Below are positions 48,632 through 52,111 of a DNA stretch of 52,111 nucleotides, piece after piece (positions within the stretch are counted from its first letter, which is position 1; each line of letters starts with the position of its first letter). Below the pieces are notes generated by a model. That model did no database searches. It was not told the DNA's origin and worked only from the letters and a program-made list of their open reading frames with translations. Source of the DNA: Thermodesulfovibrionales bacterium (GTDB taxonomy: Bacteria > Nitrospirota > Thermodesulfovibrionia > Thermodesulfovibrionales > SM23-35); contig JALHSV010000264.1 in NCBI GenBank assembly GCA_022865525.1, forward strand, positions 1 through 52,111, read 5' to 3'. A program made the position numbers and the translations under genes.

Positions 48632-50731
48632 ATGACAATTACCACTGAACAAGCTCGTAAAGAAATAACTCGCCGCGAAGCTATGGCCGAAATAGAAAGG
48701 CGAAAGGGTTTAGAATCTAAACCGGAAGGTATAGTGGCGGAACCCGTAGATTGGAAGGGAGATTTCTATCCCGACTTAGACCTTACCAGACCGGCGGACA
48801 GAAAGATTCTTGAATACCGCAGGATAAATGAAGAAGGTCTGGCCGAGCAAGATAGAATAGCCAAACTTGACTGGAGGCTAAAGGGTGTTGAAGCCAGAAT
48901 GAGGGCCAAGCGGATTGAAAGCAGTCTCGAACAGGCTTCTCCTTATGACTTTGGGCCGGGGGCATATAAACCCGTAGCTGGCAAGATTTCTGCTATGGGA
49001 AACATACCCTCTGAAACTCGACGGCAGGCAGTACAGGACGTAGGCGGTATGTTAGGCGGTATGGCTACGGGCAAACCTCCGGTACCCGGCGCCGCACCAA
49101 CTCCTTATTCTAAAATAGGCGCGGGCTTAGGTGGTGCAATAGGGGAAGCCGGTTATCAGATAGGCCAACAGCTTACGGGTTCGCCCGAAAGACCGCAAGA
49201 CTGGAAAGAGGCAGGGAAAAGAATATTAAAAGCCGGAGGCAGACAATTTGCAGAAGAGGGAATTAGTAATGTCGCGTCCGGTCTAATATCTCCCGGCGGA
49301 AAGATTCCTAAAGAAAGACAGGCGACAATAAAATGGATGAGAGAAAGGGGCATTAATCCTACGCTGGGTCAGGCGACAGGTTCCAAGGGGGCTATAGGAA
49401 TTTTAGAAAATATTGTAGAGTCCTCATTTACCGGCGGACCTGGCATGGCTGCTCATCATGCAGTAAACGAAAAACTATTGAGCAGTTACGGCGATGATAT
49501 AGTTAAGTCTCTTGGCGGCATGTCCAAGATAGACGCCGGACGGGTAATACAACAAGTAATAACGGATAAAGCTACTGCTCGCAAAGCTATTGCCAAACCT
49601 ATTTATGAAGAGGCTAAACGTATATCTCGTAATAAACTTATTAAAGCCAATCCCCTCAAATCCGCATTACTTAAAATACAAAAAGAAGTGCTTGTGGAGG
49701 GTATGCCATCACTGAATCCCACTGGCTTGGGCAGGATAGTAGAACAAGGGCTTGAACTTGGCGATAATATTACTTATGAAGAGTACAATAAGATAGTAAA
49801 AGCATTGGGCGACCTTGCATACCCCCAATCCGAGGCGGGAAAGATATTTGGTACGAATGCTTCGAGGGTATTAAAGGAGGCCCATCATGAAATAAAGGGT
49901 GCATTACTAAATCCTCAAAACGGTTTACCTCAAATGGCAATCGACCTTACGAAAAAAGGCGACTTCTTAACTTCGGACGCTCATGCAGTCTGGGACACAG
50001 ACCTTATTAAGAAGATAGTGAAAAAGTATCCGGAGCATGTGACTAATACGATATTCAAAAAATCGGGTGGAGAAATATCACAGGTCGGCGAAATTGTGAG
50101 GGCGGGCAGGTTATTTGAAAGTATGCCTTCCGGTACCAAAAAAGCCCTGCAGGGTGCTTTTGTTCAGGACCTGATAACTAACGAGGGGTTGTCGAAGATG
50201 GCTGGCGAACAGGTATTGGATGGTACTAAGATATTAGATATTGTCAATAACAAACAAGGCCGGGAAGTATTGGAACAGTTTATGCCCGCAAAGAACATAG
50301 ACGAGATAATAGATTTTGCCGATGCTTTGCGCGTTCATAGAGAAAAACCCATTGCTTTGGGTGGCGGTATGACAATAAAGATTCTTCAGGCCGGTGCGCT
50401 ATTGGGCCTGTTTCAGGCGGCCATTCCCGGTGACAGTTCAGCCACAGACAAAGCCATAGGCGGTGGGGCGGGTATGGTGCTCTTGGGGCCAAAGGCTATT
50501 GAAGTCTTATTTACAAACGATGTTTTAGTAAGACAGTTCACTAATACGCTTTTGCAGGAGGGTGGCCCGAAACAAGTCACTCGGCTATTGACGAGACTAT
50601 TATCTAATAAGGCATTAAAGAAGGCTATCGGCGAAGATAGACAAGACAGGGAGCGTGCGGCGAAGGCAGAACAGGAACGGTACAAAACCAATCCAAGAGA
50701 ACTTGGAGGTTCGGGTGGTCGAGGGTATTAA
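48632..50731 (+). CDS. large internal virion (ejection) protein-like
   Basis: 699 aa. Last large ORF of the late operon, at a position equivalent to T7 gp16. No lysozyme motif seen. Confidence 0.4.
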   Translation: MTITTEQARKEITRREAMAEIERRKGLESKPEGIVAEPVDWKGDFYPDLDLTRPADRKILEYRRINEEGLAEQDRIAKLDWRLKGVEARMRAKRIESSLEQASPYDFGPGAYKPVAGKISAMGNIPSETRRQAVQDVGGMLGGMATGKPPVPGAAPTPYSKIGAGLGGAIGEAGYQIGQQLTGSPERPQDWKEAGKRILKAGGRQFAEEGISNVASGLISPGGKIPKERQATIKWMRERGINPTLGQATGSKGAIGILENIVESSFTGGPGMAAHHAVNEKLLSSYGDDIVKSLGGMSKIDAGRVIQQVITDKATARKAIAKPIYEEAKRISRNKLIKANPLKSALLKIQKEVLVEGMPSLNPTGLGRIVEQGLELGDNITYEEYNKIVKALGDLAYPQSEAGKIFGTNASRVLKEAHHEIKGALLNPQNGLPQMAIDLTKKGDFLTSDAHAVWDTDLIKKIVKKYPEHVTNTIFKKSGGEISQVGEIVRAGRLFESMPSGTKKALQGAFVQDLITNEGLSKMAGEQVLDGTKILDIVNNKQGREVLEQFMPAKNIDEIIDFADALRVHREKPIALGGGMTIKILQAGALLGLFQAAIPGDSSATDKAIGGGAGMVLLGPKAIEVLFTNDVLVRQFTNTLLQEGGPKQVTRLLTRLLSNKALKKAIGEDRQDRERAAKAEQERYKTNPRELGGSGGRGY

Positions 50732-50752
50732 TAAATAGAGGAAAAAGCAACT

Positions 50753-50968
50753 ATGCCAAACAAACTGAACGGTAACGCCAAGTGGATAGGCTTGGGAATA
50801 CTCATTATTACAAACGTAGCGGCGATAGCCTACAACGTGGGCGTAACGAATACGAGGATAGCCCACCTGACCGAAGAGGTTGTCCTTATGCGGGCGGACA
50901 TAAAAGACCTCCGCAATATGATAGGTATAATACCTGCCGCAAAAATATTTGCAGAAACTCCAAAATAG
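50753..50968 (+). CDS. small single-TM protein (holin-like candidate)
   Basis: 71 aa with WIGLGILIITNVAAIAYNVGV TM segment and a charged C-terminus. Last gene before the early promoter. Confidence 0.45.
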   Translation: MPNKLNGNAKWIGLGILIITNVAAIAYNVGVTNTRIAHLTEEVVLMRADIKDLRNMIGIIPAAKIFAETPK

Positions 50969-50970
50969 AT

Positions 50971-50999
50971 TTGACATATCGCCTATGATGGCTTATCTT
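50971..50999 (+). promoter_or_regulatory. sigma70-like early promoter (TTGACA-17-TATCTT)
   Basis: Lies in the 54-nt gap before the early genes. The AGATTTGACAT context is shared with 16672. Confidence 0.55.
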
Positions 51000-51022
51000 G
51001 CAGTTTATTTAGGAGATGAGAA

Positions 51023-51331
51023 ATGAATAAGAAGGAATTATTAAGAGACTTTGGATGGGCGGGGGGGCTATATTTAAGGCAATGTCAAGTCTGTAAGAGA
51101 TTACACGCCGCCGACAAGCGAGCTATTGCTTGTGAGTCTTGTGCAACAGGTGCGGCTTTTGAACACCTCGAATCAGAGAACGCCCGCCTGACCACTAAAG
51201 TCAAACTCCTGAATAACGACAGGACTAATCTCGTAAAGATGTTAAAGGAACGAGACTTATTCCCACCTGACGCGGGGTGTGCGAGCCTTGCGTGGGTAGT
51301 AGAGTGGGCATTAAAGGAGAATGAGAAATGA
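51023..51331 (+). CDS. early protein with CxxC...CxxC (102 aa)
   Basis: SD TAGGAGATGAG. Contains CQVCKR...CESC. Confidence 0.6.
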   Translation: MNKKELLRDFGWAGGLYLRQCQVCKRLHAADKRAIACESCATGAAFEHLESENARLTTKVKLLNNDRTNLVKMLKERDLFPPDAGCASLAWVVEWALKENEK

Positions 51332-51561
51332 ATGAACAAGCCCGCATAAAAGATAAACAGACAGATGAGATTGCCGGTGTTATCAGTACAATATCTTTCG
51401 TGTGCGGTATATTTTCAGCGATATTTGGCAATTACGGACTTGCGATATTTTGTGCTATCATATTCGCTGCTATGGTAGTAGGTCTGGAATTAAGTGCTAT
51501 TAAAAAGGCCATCTGGGATGAAGAAGCTAACCAAAAAAGAACTAATCGACGAGAGGCATGA
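51328..51561 (+). CDS. early membrane protein (77 aa, 2 TM)
   Basis: ISTISFVCGIFSAIFG and LAIFCAIIFAAMVVGL segments. ATGA coupling. Confidence 0.6.
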   Translation: MNEQARIKDKQTDEIAGVISTISFVCGIFSAIFGNYGLAIFCAIIFAAMVVGLELSAIKKAIWDEEANQKRTNRREA

Positions 51562-51688
51562 GATATACCTGAAACTGATAAAGGGTATGGGTGATGGTAT
51601 TGATATGAGTACGGCGGAGTACGCCAAGCTCAACGACAGGTATCACTGGTTAAATGACAGAATAATTAAGGTACAAAAAAAGAAATGA
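51518..51688 (+). CDS. early small protein (56 aa; start uncertain)
   Basis: Track ORF 51494-51688. The ATG at 51518 reduces overlap with the upstream gene. Confidence 0.4.
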   Translation: MKKLTKKELIDERHEIYLKLIKGMGDGIDMSTAEYAKLNDRYHWLNDRIIKVQKKK

Positions 51689-51939
51689 TATTATTAGAAG
51701 GATACGTATTAGGTCAAGACCGTAATGATATGAATGTGGTTACTCACATATACAAAGGTGATTTTAATGACCCCGGTCTGCCAATGTGTGCAAGGGGGTG
51801 GAATCGGGCAAATGGTAAGGAGTATTCAATATTCAGGGGCAATGTAGGCAATGTCGATGTGTGCAGGGTATGTATAAGACGTATGTGTGCCGGTAAACCC
51901 GGAATTAAATCAAGAAAGCGAAAGACTAAGTGGTTATAA
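51685..51939 (+). CDS. early Cys-rich protein (84 aa)
   Basis: ATGA coupling. Contains CARGW...CRVCIRRMC. Confidence 0.6.
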   Translation: MILLEGYVLGQDRNDMNVVTHIYKGDFNDPGLPMCARGWNRANGKEYSIFRGNVGNVDVCRVCIRRMCAGKPGIKSRKRKTKWL

Positions 51940-51949
51940 GGGGAAAGAA

Positions 51950-52093
51950 ATGAAACACAAAATAATGCAGAGGATATTCTGGTATCTCGCCCGAAAATTG
52001 GAATATGGCGTTGTACTAAAAGTAGGGAAACACTTTCATTACACCGAGATTAAAGAATATATGCCGGATACGATGATTGTATATTTTGGATAG
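51950..52093 (+). CDS. early small protein (47 aa)
   Basis: ATG at 51950 preceded by AAGGGGAAAGAA. The same GGGGAAAGAAATGAA context recurs at 123-137. Confidence 0.55.
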   Translation: MKHKIMQRIFWYLARKLEYGVVLKVGKHFHYTEIKEYMPDTMIVYFG

Positions 52094-52111
52094 GGGAAAG
52101 AAATGAATGAA
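51971..52111. repeat. terminal overlap copy 2 (identical to 1-141)
   Basis: Direct comparison with bases 1-141. Confidence 0.95.

Noticed and set aside
69-51431. All other minus-strand ORFs in the track outside 13998-15976 (for example 3269-3790, 4593-5033, 11665-12063, 12371-12856, 28482-29044, 30118-30480, 50615-50977)
   Set aside because: Each lies antisense inside a well-supported + strand gene and lacks an SD. Each also has the low-complexity or odd composition typical of shadow ORFs.

Overview
The first and last 141 nt of the window are identical, so it holds one complete tailed dsDNA phage genome with 51,970 bp of unique sequence. Genes are tightly packed, with SD-like sites and many ATGA stop/start overlaps. 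Nearly all lie on the + strand. The exception is a 2-kb minus-strand cassette of seven small ORFs (13998-15976).

Layout:
- Early operon: from a sigma70-like promoter at 50971-50999, across the genome junction, to a strong terminator at 2754-2788. It includes a dNTP-diphosphohydrolase-like protein, a DUF1937-like protein and a metallophosphoesterase.
- Two structured non-coding regions. The first (3995-4392) contains a tRNA-like element; the second spans 5292-5579.
- Many small Cys-rich ORFs, a 3D-domain protein, NinB-like and NinG-like proteins, and two DNA methyltransferases.
- Packaging module: HNH, TerS, a G-rich candidate cos/pac region, then TerL.
- A LamG protein and a Gly-rich repeat fibre.
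- Portal, scaffold and major capsid genes, then an adaptor-like gene.
- A ~10-kb island (32479-42508) encoding an apparently complete CMP-nonulosonic-acid (pseudaminic/legionaminic-like) pathway with tailoring enzymes and a candidate transferase.
- The island is followed directly by a fibre-like ORF, a nozzle-like ORF and internal-virion-protein-like ORFs, giving a podovirus/T7-like gene order.

I could not recognise a DNA polymerase, primase/helicase, integrase, repressor, CRISPR array or reverse transcriptase.

Main points of interest:
- The sugar island sits inside the late virion operon.
- Conserved junction repeats (13-45 bp) bracket small inserted ORFs throughout the genome.
- One methyltransferase has a triplicated SPP[YF] catalytic box.
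- There are several structured RNA candidates.

All family assignments come from motif recognition by eye, not from searches.
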